From Eledone cirrhosa (taxonomy: Eukaryota): a stretch of DNA of 64,000 bases. The notes below the pieces were generated by a model. It worked only from the letters and a program-made list of their open reading frames with translations. It was not told the origin of the DNA and made no database searches. Where the stretch lies: contig OZ024753.1 in assembly GCA_964016885.1 (NCBI GenBank), forward strand, positions 15,934,001 to 15,998,000. Reading direction: 5' to 3'. Shown here in pieces: positions 24,836 to 36,697 of this stretch (positions are counted from its first letter, which is position 1; each line of letters starts with the position of its first letter). A program made the translations under genes and the position numbers.

Positions 24836-26099
24836 CATTTTACATCTGCTTTTCCCTGCTTTTCCTAGAAATAAACACAAAGATGTGTGTTTAGAGTTAC
24901 AAGGGCTGAAAAGCCACTTTGGTATGAAATACATAATCTATGAAACAAATGGAAAATAGATAATAACCGGAAGGAAAAAAAATGAATTAAAATGTACAAA
25001 CCATTTCAATAACTATTGAACTCCTGGGCAAACTACAGATGTAGTCTGTTTCACCGTAAAATTTGTGTTTGTCACAGGAGTTAGGATTATATACAACAGT
25101 ACACCTAGATATATATATAGGGATCAATACCTTCTAAGGGAGTCGCGCCATATTGACATACCGCATTTCTCGGGCTTTATTTTTTAAATTTGGGGTGCCC
25201 ATCTCATCTCCAGGTGTAAATACAGCAGATTTCTTTCAGAGAAGGAGAGAAAGTGAGAAAAAAGGAATTGCGAATGAGATATAAAGAAAAAGTTGACCTC
25301 AGCACTAGACTGCTACTTTTTTTATTGACCTTGAATCTGCTCATCATACAGAGAGATGGAGAGGGCGAGAGAGATGGAGGTGATGACAGTGGGAGTTCAG
25401 CTCTCCCACGTTTGGACCATATCCTTGTCATTGTGTTTATTATCTATATAGAAAATTAATTAATCAAAAATATAAACAACTTCAACACAGGAAATATTAT
25501 ATGAGTGGATGGATGAAAGTATAAGTTGACTGTGATAGGATTTGAACTCAGAGAGTAGAGAGATGGAACAAATACTGCAAAGCATTCTATCCAATGTTCT
25601 AACTACTTTGTCATTCACTGTCTGGAAGGCTTTTACATAAATGTAAATACTTAAAATAATATTTGTACCCTAGAAACGGGGTGATTTAGTATCAGAATGT
25701 TAGACTATTTTATGAGAATATTGTATACATTACTAGGTATCAATAGTCTTTGCTGAGTACAATCTGATTACTGATAATTCAATATTTATCATTAATAAAA
25801 GGGAGAATGGACTGAAGTGACCAGCTTTCACTGATATAGTTTAAATCCTGAATTACTGATACAGAATGGTTTTAGGTCAAATTAATTATTTATTTCACAG
25901 TTTTAGTATTTAGTAAGTTCTGCTATTCATTTATTTGTTTCAGCCATTAAACTGTGGCCATACTGGAGCATCGACTTAAATGATTTTAGACAATCATCTC
26001 AGGCTCACCATTTTTTCTTTCCAGTCCGTAGACACATCCAACCCATGCAAGCAGGGAAAGCTGGTGTTAAAATGATGATGATAATATATATATATATAT

Positions 26100-26191
26100 A
26101 TATTATTCAAAATATTAACAAATGAAGCATATTCACATAATCAAACTTTGGTAACTTACTGACCGCAAGCAACGCCGGGCTTTAATGCTAG
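26100..26191 (+). mobile_element. Helitron-like 3' end
   Basis: CCGCAAGCAACGCCGGG-CTTTAATG-CTAG|T, the same terminus type as at 22300-22327. Confidence 0.6.
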
Positions 26192-26220
26192 TATAATATA
26201 TTTAGATCATATATTACTCA

Positions 26221-26448
26221 AATTATTTAATTATGATATTATAAGGGCAGTGAATTGGCAGTATCGGTAGAGGGTCGGACGCCATGCTTTCCAGCATAGT
26301 TACGTCCCTTTACGATCTGAGTTCAAATCCGGCCGAGGTTGACTTTGCCTTTCATCCTTACGGGGTCGATAAAATAAAGTACCAGTGATGCACTGGGTAA
26401 TTGCTGGCCTTGTGCCTAAAGTAGAAACAATTATTTAATTATGATATT
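26221..26448 (+). mobile_element. Family A SINE with 20-bp target-site duplication
   Basis: AATTATTTAATTATGATATT occurs at 26221-26240 and 26429-26448. Confidence 0.92.
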
Positions 26449-26678
26449 CTCATTTTAAAATCTTCACTATTCTTTAATTTTCATTTAATTTCTAGGATTA
26501 AACTGCAGTTACATTTACTCACAAAAGTTGAGTTATATATATATATATATATATATTATTATCATCATCATCAACGTTTAACATCCGTGTTCCACGCTTG
26601 CATGGGTTTGGACGGGGGTATTCCCACTTGAGGCAAGATATATTTTATATATGGCGGCACATTATATATATATTTTAT

Positions 26679-27010
26679 GGAGGCACATGGCTTAGTGGTT
26701 AGAGCATTGGGCTTGCAATCGAAAGGTTGTGAGTTCAATGTGTTGTTTCCTTGAGCAAGACACTTTATTTCACATTGCTCCAGTCCACTCAGCTGTAGAA
26801 ATGAGATGATAGGACTGGGGTCCCTATCATTTCAGCACTGCAAAGTGGTCGTGGAGGTGCCACGACAAAAAAGCACCCAACCCACACTGTAAATGAGGTT
26901 GGTGTTAGGAAGGGCTTCCAGCTGTAGAAATCAAGCCAGAATCAGTTCCCGTCCCACCCTTGCAAGCAGGGAAAAGCGGACATAAAATAATGATGATGAT
27001 GATGATGATA
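26679..27010 (+). mobile_element. Family B SINE
   Basis: Homology to the 22625 copy. Confidence 0.88.
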
Positions 27011-27793
27011 TATATATATAGTGTTAGAAGGTAAGGCGCCACAAACAAGAGATGGACAGTTTCCCTTCGTCAGTTGTCTATTACGGGTCACAGATGTTTC
27101 AGCACATTATTGACAATACATCTATCTGTAGTGTGCCCATAGCCATTTATCTATCAAAAAGCAATGAGGGAAAGAAGCAAAGGCGAAGAGAGAGAAAGAA
27201 AGAAAAAACGAGAGAAGAAAAAAAGGAAGTAAACATACCGATAGAAGGGGGAAACACAGGACAATGGCACATGTAAGTGAGTAACCGAGAAGAAATAAGA
27301 CCAAGTTAAAAAAAGCCATTGGGTTTAAGCCCAGGGGCCATAATAACAACAGAGCTAGGTAAATCCACATTTATTCTCAGTGAAAGCGAGCGCAGAGAGA
27401 GAGAAAGATGGAGGAACTGGAAGTGAGAGGGGGGTTAGAAGACAGAGGGGATGAGTAAGAGGGATAGAGAGAGAGAGAGGGAGGAGGAGGGAAGGGGAGT
27501 TAATCCAAAAGGGTGCACGACGCATGTGCAACCGGGATCAACAAAAAATGTGGATTTGGTTTTTTTTTTATTGTGGCACCATTCCAAACAGGTATTGTCA
27601 CTCTGAATCAACCTGAGAGCTACAATAAGAGTACATAGGTCTTTAGAATGCTCAGCCACTTTCACAGTTCTTGAACAGGCTGTTCCATTGATCAGATCAA
27701 CTGGGACACTCATCATTAGGACTGACGGATGTCAACCTTCACCCCTTGCAACATCCACCCACCCGCCACATACACATACACACACACACATAG

Positions 27794-27827
<34 letters not shown>

Positions 27828-27909
27828 CCACACACACAGACACACACACACTAGATCTCTGGGAAATAGAAGACAAAGCACTGGATAAAATATTTAGATG
27901 CGATATATG

Positions 27910-28288
27910 ACAATGATGATGATGGTGATGATAGTGATGATATATATATAATGGTGATGGTGATAATGATGATGATGGTGGTGGTGATGGTGATGATGAA
28001 GATGGCGGTTAATGATGGTAGTGGTGATTATGATGAGGATGATGATGATGATGGTAGTGATGATGATGATGTTAGTGATGATGATGATGATCGTTATGAT
28101 GATGGTTATGATGATGATGGTAGTGGTGATGATCATGATGGTGATGATGATGATGATGATGGTGATGATAGTGGTGAAGCTGAAGATGATGATGGTGGTG
28201 ATGAAGCTGAAGATGATGATGGTGGTGGTGATGATGATGATGGTGATGATGGTGGTGAAGCTGAAGATGATGATGGTGGTGATGGTGG

Positions 28289-28319
<31 letters not shown>

Positions 28320-28540
28320 GGTGAAGCTGAAGATGATGATGGTGGTGATGATGATGATCATGATGATGGTGATGACGGTGATGATGGTAGTGGTGAAGCT
28401 GAAGATGATGATGGTGGTGATGATGATGATGATGGTGGTGGTAGTGGTGAAGCTGAAGATGATGATGGTGGTGATGATGGTGGTGATGATGGTGATGATG
28501 ATGGTGGTGGTGATGGTAGTGGTGAAGCTGATGATGATGA
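27910..28540. repeat. Compound (GAT/GGT)n trinucleotide repeat punctuated by GGTGAAGCTGAA
   Basis: Direct inspection. Confidence 0.95.
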
Positions 28541-28693
28541 TACATAGTTCTATCTCTGAAATTGATATCTCTCTGGTACAACATAGTTATTGATTGAGTG
28601 TGAGTAAAGAACTAATGTGTAACATTAGCTTCTCGCAGTACACAACTTCTGCCATTCACCTCACAATCCACTCCCATGTACTCTACTATTGCC

Positions 28694-28994
28694 TTAACCC
28701 TTTAGTGTTCAAACCGGCCAAAACCAGCCAGAGTTCTCAACCTCTTTCTGTTGAAACTGGCTGTAACTTGTCGCTCAAACTGATGTTAAGGTATTGTTCT
28801 CAAAATAAATAACATCAAAATCTCATAGATTCGATATTATGTGAGATAATTATGTGAGGTAAAGCCTTTACCATGAAAATATAATAGTATATATAGAGTA
28901 ATGTGAATGTTATGTGAGATAATTATGTGAGGTAAAGCCTTTACCATGAAAATATAATAGTATATATAGAGTAATGTGAATGCTAAAGGGTTAA
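28694..28994. mobile_element. piggyBac-type MITE with an internal tandem duplication of about 70 bp
   Basis: TTAA-CCCTTTAG ... CTAAAGGG-TTAA. Confidence 0.85.
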
Positions 28995-29113
28995 TATTAC
29001 AATTCCTCATACATTATTCTCTCATTAACATACAACTGTTTTAGTTCCGTCATTTCCACTGTAAACGGTGTTTTGTTTAAACAGCTTTCAATAAGTAGGG
29101 TATAAATAGCTAT

Positions 29114-29440
29114 GGAGGCACATGGCTTAGTGGTTAGAGCATTGGTCTTACAAAATCGAAAGGTTGTGAATTCAATTCTCAGACTGGGTGATGTGTTGTT
29201 TCCTTGAGCAAAACACTTTATTTCACATTGCTCCAGTTTACTCAGCTGTAGAAATGAGATGATAGGGACTGGGGTCCCTATTGGGGTCCCTATCATTCCA
29301 CTGCAAAGTGGTCATGGAGGTGCCACGGCAAAAAAAGCACCCAGCACTCACTGTAAATGAGGTTGGTGTTAGGAAGGGCATCCAGCTGTAGAAATCAAGC
29401 CAGAATCAGTTCCCGTCCCAAAGCGGACATAAAATGATGA
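29114..29440 (+). mobile_element. Family B SINE, followed by a G/A-rich tract to about 29600
   Basis: Homology to the 22625 copy. Confidence 0.88.
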
Positions 29441-29741
29441 GGGCGGGAGAGTGAGGGAGGGAGAGGGGGAGATGGCGGGAGAGGGGGGAGATGGCGGGAG
29501 AGGGGGGGAGATGGAGGGAGGGAGGGAGAGGGAGGGAGAGGGAGGGAGAGGGCGGTAGAGGGAGGGAGAGGGAGGGAGAAGGCGGGAGAGGGAGGGGGGG
29601 ACTGGTATAGTGTATGATAGGATAAAGGTGACAAATTGGCAGAGTTAGAACATCGGATAGAATAATTTCAGCTCTCTGAGTTCAAATCCCACCAAGGTCA
29701 ATTTGCTTTTCATCCTTTCAAGATCGATAAAAACTCTCTGT

Positions 29742-29834
<93 letters not shown>

Positions 29835-29889
29835 AGGACAAAACAGTAAACTTGTGCCTAAATCAGCAATTATTATTATTCAATAAATA

Positions 29890-30016
29890 CTGTTCTATTT
29901 AATAATTGCATCTGTATTTGGCACAAGGCCAGCAATTAACCCAGTGTATTACTGGTACTTTATTTTATCGACCCCGTAAGCATGAAAGGCAAAGTTAACC
30001 TGTTCTATTTAATAAT
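29890..30016 (-). mobile_element. 5'-truncated family A SINE with 17-bp TSD
   Basis: CTGTTCTATTTAATAAT occurs at 29890 and 30000. Confidence 0.85.
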
Positions 30017-30395
30017 AATAATGAAATTATTGTGTACAGTACTCAGGTGCACTACAATTCATCAAAGGTGCATGTATAGTACATAGAATAATGTACAAAT
30101 GTCAGGAAAGTGAACAGTGCATAAGTCATGATATACATGTGTGTATGTGTATGGAGGGGGGGGGGGGGTATCAGGTGTAGTGTTGGCAAATTTCAGGAAG
30201 CATAAAGGTTTTAAAAGAGTTTTTGTTTCTGATATTAAAAAACTGAACTGCTATCATTGTTGAAAGGTTAAGAAGACATCAATCAAATATTGATAGACAA
30301 TTGTAATTATTGGAAATTACAGTAATAAAATAATAATTATTAAAAGTGTGCAATTACTGGATAAATCCCATTTGCCTCAGAGAAATGAAAACTAA

Positions 30396-31590
30396 TCATC
30401 ATCATCATCATCATTTAACATCCATTTTCCATGCTATCATGGGTTAGATGGGCTGTACCATTAGAGGCAAGTTGGATCAGGTTACCATATCGTGTTCATA
30501 CAGAACTGTTTCTGGCTCAATTTCTATGGATGGATACCCTTCCTTACGCCAACCACATTCACAGTGTGTGCTGGGAGCTTTTTGTCGTGACTCTTACACA
30601 ACTACTTTACAGTGTACTTTGTGCCGTGTTACCTACATAACCACTTTACAGTGAGTACTGAGTGCCTTTTGTCAAGACGCCTACATGACCATTTTACAGT
30701 GTAAGCTGGGTGCTTTTTATCGTGACATCTACATGACCACCTTACAGTGTGGGCTGGGTGCTTTTTTTGTTGTGACACCTATACGACCACTTTACTATGT
30801 GGACTGGGTGCTTTTTATGTTGTGACACCTACATGACCACTTTACTATGTGGACTGGGTGCTTTTAATGTCGTGACACCTACATGACCACTTTACTATGT
30901 GGACCGGGTGCCTTTTTTGTCGTGACACCTACACGACCACTTTACTATGTGGACTGGGTGCTTTTTATGTTGTGACACCTACATGACCACTTTACTATGT
31001 GGACTGGGTGCTTTTTTTGTTGTGACACCTACATGACCACTTTACTATGTGGACTGAGTGCTTTTTTTGTCGTGACACCTACACGACCACTTTACTATGT
31101 GGACTGGGTGCTTTTTTTGTTGTGACTCCTACACGACCACTTTACAGTGTGGACTGGGTGCTTTTAATGTCGTGACACCTACATGACCACTTTACTATGT
31201 GGACTGGGTGCTTTTTATGTCGTGACACCTACATGACCACTTTACTATGTGGACTGAGTGCTTTTTATGTCGTGACACCTACATGACCACTTTACTATGT
31301 GGACTGGGTGCTTTTTTTGTCGTGACACCTACACGACCACTTTACTATGTGGACTGGGTGCTTTTTTTATTGTGACACCTACATGACCACTTTACTATGT
31401 GGACTGGATGCTTTATTTGTTGTGACACCTACACGACCACCTTACAGTGTGGACTGAGTGCTGTTTTTCATGACACCTACACAACCCCTTTACAGTATAG
31501 GCTGGGTGCTTTTTGTTGTGACACCTACATGACCACCTTACAGTGTGGGCTGCATACTTTTGTGACACCAACATATCTTTACAGTGTAAG
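30396..31590 (-). repeat. RTE/SINE 3' end whose internal 50-bp module is expanded to about 20 tandem copies
   Basis: The (TGA)n tail and Meta-like block lie at 30396-30560. The 50-bp period is seen as GACCAC at 30785, 30835 and onward. Confidence 0.92.
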
Positions 31591-31909
31591 GGTCTTGTAG
31601 ACAGAAGTGGAAGGGTGGTGTAGGGGTGAAGGTGTGTATGGAAGGGAGTATAGTGGATTAAGTGGTTAAGAGATGCATACTGAGTGCATATTTGAGTCCG
31701 TGGGCAAGGGAAGCTGGGTCTTATTACAGGCACACATATATAGTGGATTGATAGAATCTGTAGAGTAGCAAACAACATGCTTCGCAGTATAGAGTTATGG
31801 CCCTTTATGTCTTGAGTTCAAATCCCTCCAAAGTCAGCTTTGCCTTTCATCCTTAGGGGATCGATAAAATAAAGTACCAGTAATGCAGTGGAGTTGATTT
31901 AATCGACTC

Positions 31910-32445
31910 TAGAGTGTAGTACAGTGTAGTGTAGTACAGTGTAGTGTAGTACTATGTAGTGTAGTACAGTATAGTACAGTGTAGTGTAGTACAGTGTAGT
32001 GTAGTACTATGCAGTGTAGTACAGTATAGTACAGTGTAGTGTAGTACTGTGTAGTGTAGTACAATGTAGTACTGTGTAGTGTAGTAGTGTCGTACTGTGT
32101 AGTGTAGTATAGTGTCGTACTGTGTAGTGTAGTATAGTGTAGTGTTGTACAGTGTAGTACAGTGTAGTGTAGTACTGTGTAGTACAGTGTAGTGTAGTAC
32201 AGTGTAGTGTAGTACAGTGTAGTGTAGTACAGTGTAGTACAGTGTAGTGTAGTATAGTGTAGTGCAGTGTAGTATAGTGTAGTATAGTGTAGTACAGTGT
32301 AGTAGTGTAGTGTAGTACAGTGTAGATGTAGTATAGTCTAGTGTAGTATAGTGTAGTACAGTGTAGTATAGTGTAGTGTAGTACAGTGTAGATGTAGTAT
32401 AGTCTAGTGTAGTACTGTGTAGTATAGTACAGTGTAGGTGTAGTA
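31910..32445. repeat. Pentanucleotide-based microsatellite (TAGTG/TAGTA/CAGTG)
   Basis: Direct inspection. Confidence 0.97.
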
Positions 32446-33067
32446 CATATTTCAACCAGTTGGACCATGAGTTACTAAAACAACTCCTCATCAGTGACAC
32501 AACACTCCATCTTTAATCAACGTATTACCTTTGAGCAATTATCTCAGTATTTCTCATCTTATTCAGCAATGAAATAGTACTTACTTAGTCCTGTATAACA
32601 TCAATACTAGTGCAATCAGTCATAATTGGTTTATAGCATCAGAAGAGGGTAATTAGTAAAAGAAATGTAATTCTAATGAAATAAATTATTTAATGACTTC
32701 AACAAAAATGTTCAATTAAAACTGATCATAGTGTTTATTTGTTTGGTTCCATTTATAACCTCTTAAAAATGATATTTACTGTTTTGTCCTGAATCATAAT
32801 TTACACGGACACCATTTATATAAGTATCTAATGTTTGGCAGAAAAATCAATAAAGTTTAGGCTATTTTATTTGAAGTCGAAAATATTTATCATCATCATA
32901 ATCGTTTATATATTGATAAAATGTCTTCTTATTTCCATATTTCTTCACTTGATCCTTTTGATGGCATTTCTCCCTTCAGCATTTATTTTTATCGTATTAT
33001 AAACTTGTGGCTTTTGAGTTCAGTTCCACTGTCTGGCACCTTGGGCAACGATCTACTATAGCTTCAG

Positions 33068-33157
<90 letters not shown>

Positions 33158-33158
33158 T

Positions 33159-33488
33159 GGAGGTACATGGGTTAGAGCATTGACCTTGCAATGGAAAGGT
33201 TGTGAGTTCAATTCTCAGACCGGGTGATGTGTTGTTTCCTTGAGCAAGACACTTTATTTCACATTGCTCCAGTTTACTCAGGTGTAGAATGAGATGATAG
33301 GGACTGGGGTCCCTATCATTCCACTGCAAAGTGGACGTGGAGGTGCCATGGCAAAAAAGCACCCAGCACTCACTGTAAATGAGGTTGGTGTTAGGAAGGG
33401 CATCCAGCTGTAGAAACCTAGCCAGAATCAGTTCCCGTCCCACCCTTGCAAGCAGGGAAAAGCAGACGTAAAATGATGATGATGATGA
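33159..33488 (+). mobile_element. Family B SINE
   Basis: Homology to the 22625 copy. Confidence 0.88.
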
Positions 33489-33580
33489 CATATATATTTA
33501 AAAGGTAAAACAGAACAACACAATTGGTGCAGTATATGGAAGGGATATATTAGGTTAACACTTGAAATAGCAGGAGAGGG

Positions 33581-33616
33581 TCTTAACGTTTTGGATGCTA
33601 GTCCTTCATCAGAAGA
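33581..33616 (-). ncRNA. Minimal hammerhead motif with a core mutation, probably inactive
   Basis: UCUU CUGAUGA A GGA-CUAGCA-UCC AAAA CG UU AAGA; GAAA has become AAAA. Confidence 0.55.
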
Positions 33617-33968
33617 AAGAATGAGAAATAAGATCGATTGAAGGGACGGGCGGGATGGAATTGGAAAAAATGTCTTTAGATAAAAATAACAGGTCTATAT
33701 ATATATATATATATTCATGTAGTTGTCACAACAAAAAGCACCCAGTCCACACTGTAAAGTGGTTGTGTAGGTGACATGAAAAAAAACACCCAGCACCCAG
33801 TAAATGTGGTTGGCGTTAGAAAAAGCATCCAGCTGTAGAAACCAACCCGTTCTGTATGAGCAAGACATGGTTATCTGACATGGCATTTATCACAATGGGA
33901 CAATTCGTCTAACCCATGCTAGTGTGTAAAAATAGACGTTAAACAGTGATGATGATGATGATGATACA

Positions 33969-34929
33969 TATCATCATCATGTTCCTACAAATGGTGCAGC
34001 CAGTCATTGGGGTGTCACTCTAGATGTGCCACTGGTACAGCCAGTCGTTGGGGTGTCACTCTAGATGTGCCACTGGTACAGCCAGTCGTTGGGGTGTCAC
34101 TCTAGATGTGCCACTGGTACAGCCAGTCGTTGGGGTGTCACTCTAGATGTGCCACTGGTACAGCCAGTCGTTGGGGTGTCACTGGTACAGCCAGTCGTTG
34201 AGGTGTCACTCTAGATGTGCCACTGGTACAGCCAGTCGTTAGGGTGTCACTGGTACAGCCAGTCGTTGAGGTGTCACTCTAGATGTGCCACTGGTACAGC
34301 CAGTCGTTGGGGTGTCACTCTAGATGTGCCACTGGTACAGCCAGTCGTTGGGGTGTCACTGGTACAGCCAGTCGTTGAGGTGTCACTCTAGATGTGCCAC
34401 TGGTACAGCCAGTCGTTGGGGTGTCACTGGTACAGCCAGTCGTTGAGGTGTCACTCTAGATGTGCCACTGGTACAGCCAGTCGTTGGGGTGTCACTCTAG
34501 ATGTGCCACTGGTACTGCCTATTGTTGGGGTTCCACTCTAGATGTGCCACTGTTACAGCCAGTCATTGGGGTGTCACTCTAGATGTGCCACTGGTACAGC
34601 CAGTCATTGGGGTGCCACTCTAGATGTGCCACTGGTACAGCCAGTCATTGGGGTGCCACTCTAGATGTGCCACTGGTACAGCCTGTTGTTGAGGTGCCAC
34701 TCTAGATGTGCCACTGTTACAGCCTGTTGTTGAGGTGCCACTGGTACAGCCTGTTGTTGAGGTGCCACTCTAAATGTGCCACTGGTACAGCCTGTTGTTG
34801 AGGTGTCACTCTAGAGTCTTTCACATTCAGTAGTTGCCATTGATGTGTAGAAGGGTCTCAGTGTTGTGACCAGTCTTTGATGTTGTCAGACCAGGATTTT
34901 CTTTGTCTGCCTCTTCTTCACCCTCCCTT

Positions 34930-34935
<6 letters not shown>
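33969..34935 (-). mobile_element. RTE-like LINE 3' end containing a 41/27-bp minisatellite (about 33995-34815)
   Basis: VKGG*RRGRQRKSWSDNIKDW on minus before the array; TSRVTPQ.LAA and a (TGA)n tail after it. Confidence 0.75.
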
Positions 34936-34980
<45 letters not shown>

Positions 34981-35128
34981 TCTGTGTGTGTGTGTTTATG
35001 CCCAGTAACTTAGCCAATTGATAAAATAAAAAGAGAGAGATTGATGAAATAAATACCAGATTTGAAAATATAGGTACTGGGGTGACATGAACAGGGGTGA
35101 CATGATTGTTTAAAATCCATTCAAACAT

Positions 35129-35372
35129 GTGTGGTGCCCCAGCATGGCCACAGTCTAATGACTGTAACCAGTAAAAGAGTGGTGCCCCAGCATGGCCACA
35201 GTCTAATGACTGTAACCAGTAAAAGAGTGGTGCCCCAGCATGACCACAGTCTAATGACTGTAACCAGTAAAAGAGTGGTGCCCCAGCATGGCCACAGTCT
35301 AATGACAGAAACTGGTAAAAGAGTGTGGTGCCCCAGCATGGCCACAGTCTAATGACAGAAACTGGTAAAAGA
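35129..35372 (+). repeat. About 48-bp tandem repeat (5 copies) of a SINE 3' tail
   Basis: GTGGTGCCCCAGCATGGCCACAGTCTAATGACTGTAACCAGTAAAAGA follows a SINE body at 34935-35130. Confidence 0.9.
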
Positions 35373-35376
35373 ATGT

Positions 35377-35700
35377 AGTGCACCCAGAACACTCTGTAAA
35401 GTGGCAATAGTAGTGTTAGTCACATGAAAAAAGCACCCAGTACACTCGGTAGTGCTGGTCTCATGAGAAAATGCACCCAGTACACTCTGTAAAGTGGCAA
35501 TAGTACTGGACACATGAAATAGGCACCCAGTACACTCTGTAAAACACTAGTGTGGCTCAAATGAAAAAAGCGCCCAGTACACTCTGTAAAACAGTAGTGC
35601 TGGTCACATGAAAAAAAAGCACCCAGTACACTCTGTAAAACAGTAGTGCTGGTCTCATGAATAAAAGCACCCAGTACACTCTGAACAGTGGTTAGTATTA
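35377..35700 (+). repeat. About 50-bp tandem repeat (6-7 copies) of the GCACCCAGTACACTCTGTAAA module
   Basis: Direct inspection; ends in a decayed Meta-like block. Confidence 0.85.
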
Positions 35701-35814
35701 GGGTATTCATTTGTAGAAACTACACCAAAATGTGGAACATTAGCAAGACGTAGTTCCTGAATAATCTAGTCACTGACCAACTTGACTCTCTTACCAACAT
35801 TCAAAACAAATATA

Positions 35815-36697
35815 CGAGGTGTGTCAGAAAAGTTCCAGGACTGATGTCACAAAAGATTTATTTCAAACCCAAACTTCACACTAAGAGTTTTCTCCTTCAA
35901 AGTAATCCCCCTGGAGTATGTAACTGTAATCTTAGCTCTCTGCAGCGATCAAACTTTTTTCTTCATAATTTTATATACACGTCCTCTGTTTCAGGTCGTC
36001 AAGTAATGAGCACAGAGCAACGAACAAACTTGAAAACTCCGTCAGAAGCACTGGGATTGCTGCAGTAAGTGTATGGAGATGAGACGATGTCACGCTCATG
36101 TGTTTTTGAGTGGTACAAGAGGTTTAAAGAAGTATGCAAGGATGTGGAAGACGACCCCAGGAGAAGGCCCTCAACAACCAGGACTGAGGCCAACGTTGAG
36201 CGCGTCAGGCAGATGGTGCGTAGCGATCGTCGGTTGACTGTTAGACTGATGGCTAATGAGCTGGGCAGGAATCGGGACAGCATCTGGAAGATTCTCACTG
36301 AACATTTGGACATGTGGAAAGTCTGTGCGAAGATGGTGTCAAAACTGCTGAACAATGACCAGAAGGGTCAACGCATGCAAGTGTGCCAGGACATCCTCGA
36401 GCATCTTGAAACCGAACCAGACTTGCTAGGGACAGTCATCACCTGTGATCATGGATGTTCGAGTACGCCCCGGAGGGGACCCGTTTTGAAGACGTGGATG
36501 ACATCAAAAAAACCGTGACGACGGAACTGCTGAGGATCCCGGAAGAATCCTTCCAGGAGTGCATGCAAGCATGGCAGAAAAGAATGTAAAAGTGCATTAG
36601 ACTCCAGGGGGATTACTTTGAGTAATCTTAGTGTAAAGTTTGGGTTTGAAATAAATCTTTTGTGACATCAGTCCTGGAACTTTTCTGACACACCTCG
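35815..36697 (+). mobile_element. Internally deleted mariner transposon with TA TSD and long TIRs
   Basis: TIRs of about 72 bp with 1 mismatch (CGAGGTGTGTCAGAAAAGTTCCAGGACTG...). The transposase pseudogene reads MSTEQRTNLK..VYGDETMSRSCVFEWYKRFK..KVCAKMVSKLL..VITCD, then jumps to ..FQECMQAWQKRM*KCIRLQGDYFE. Confidence 0.93.

Noticed and set aside
27060-27115. Hammerhead on minus (GAAAC...CUGACGA)
   Set aside because: The core pieces are present but the stems cannot be closed; at most a relic.
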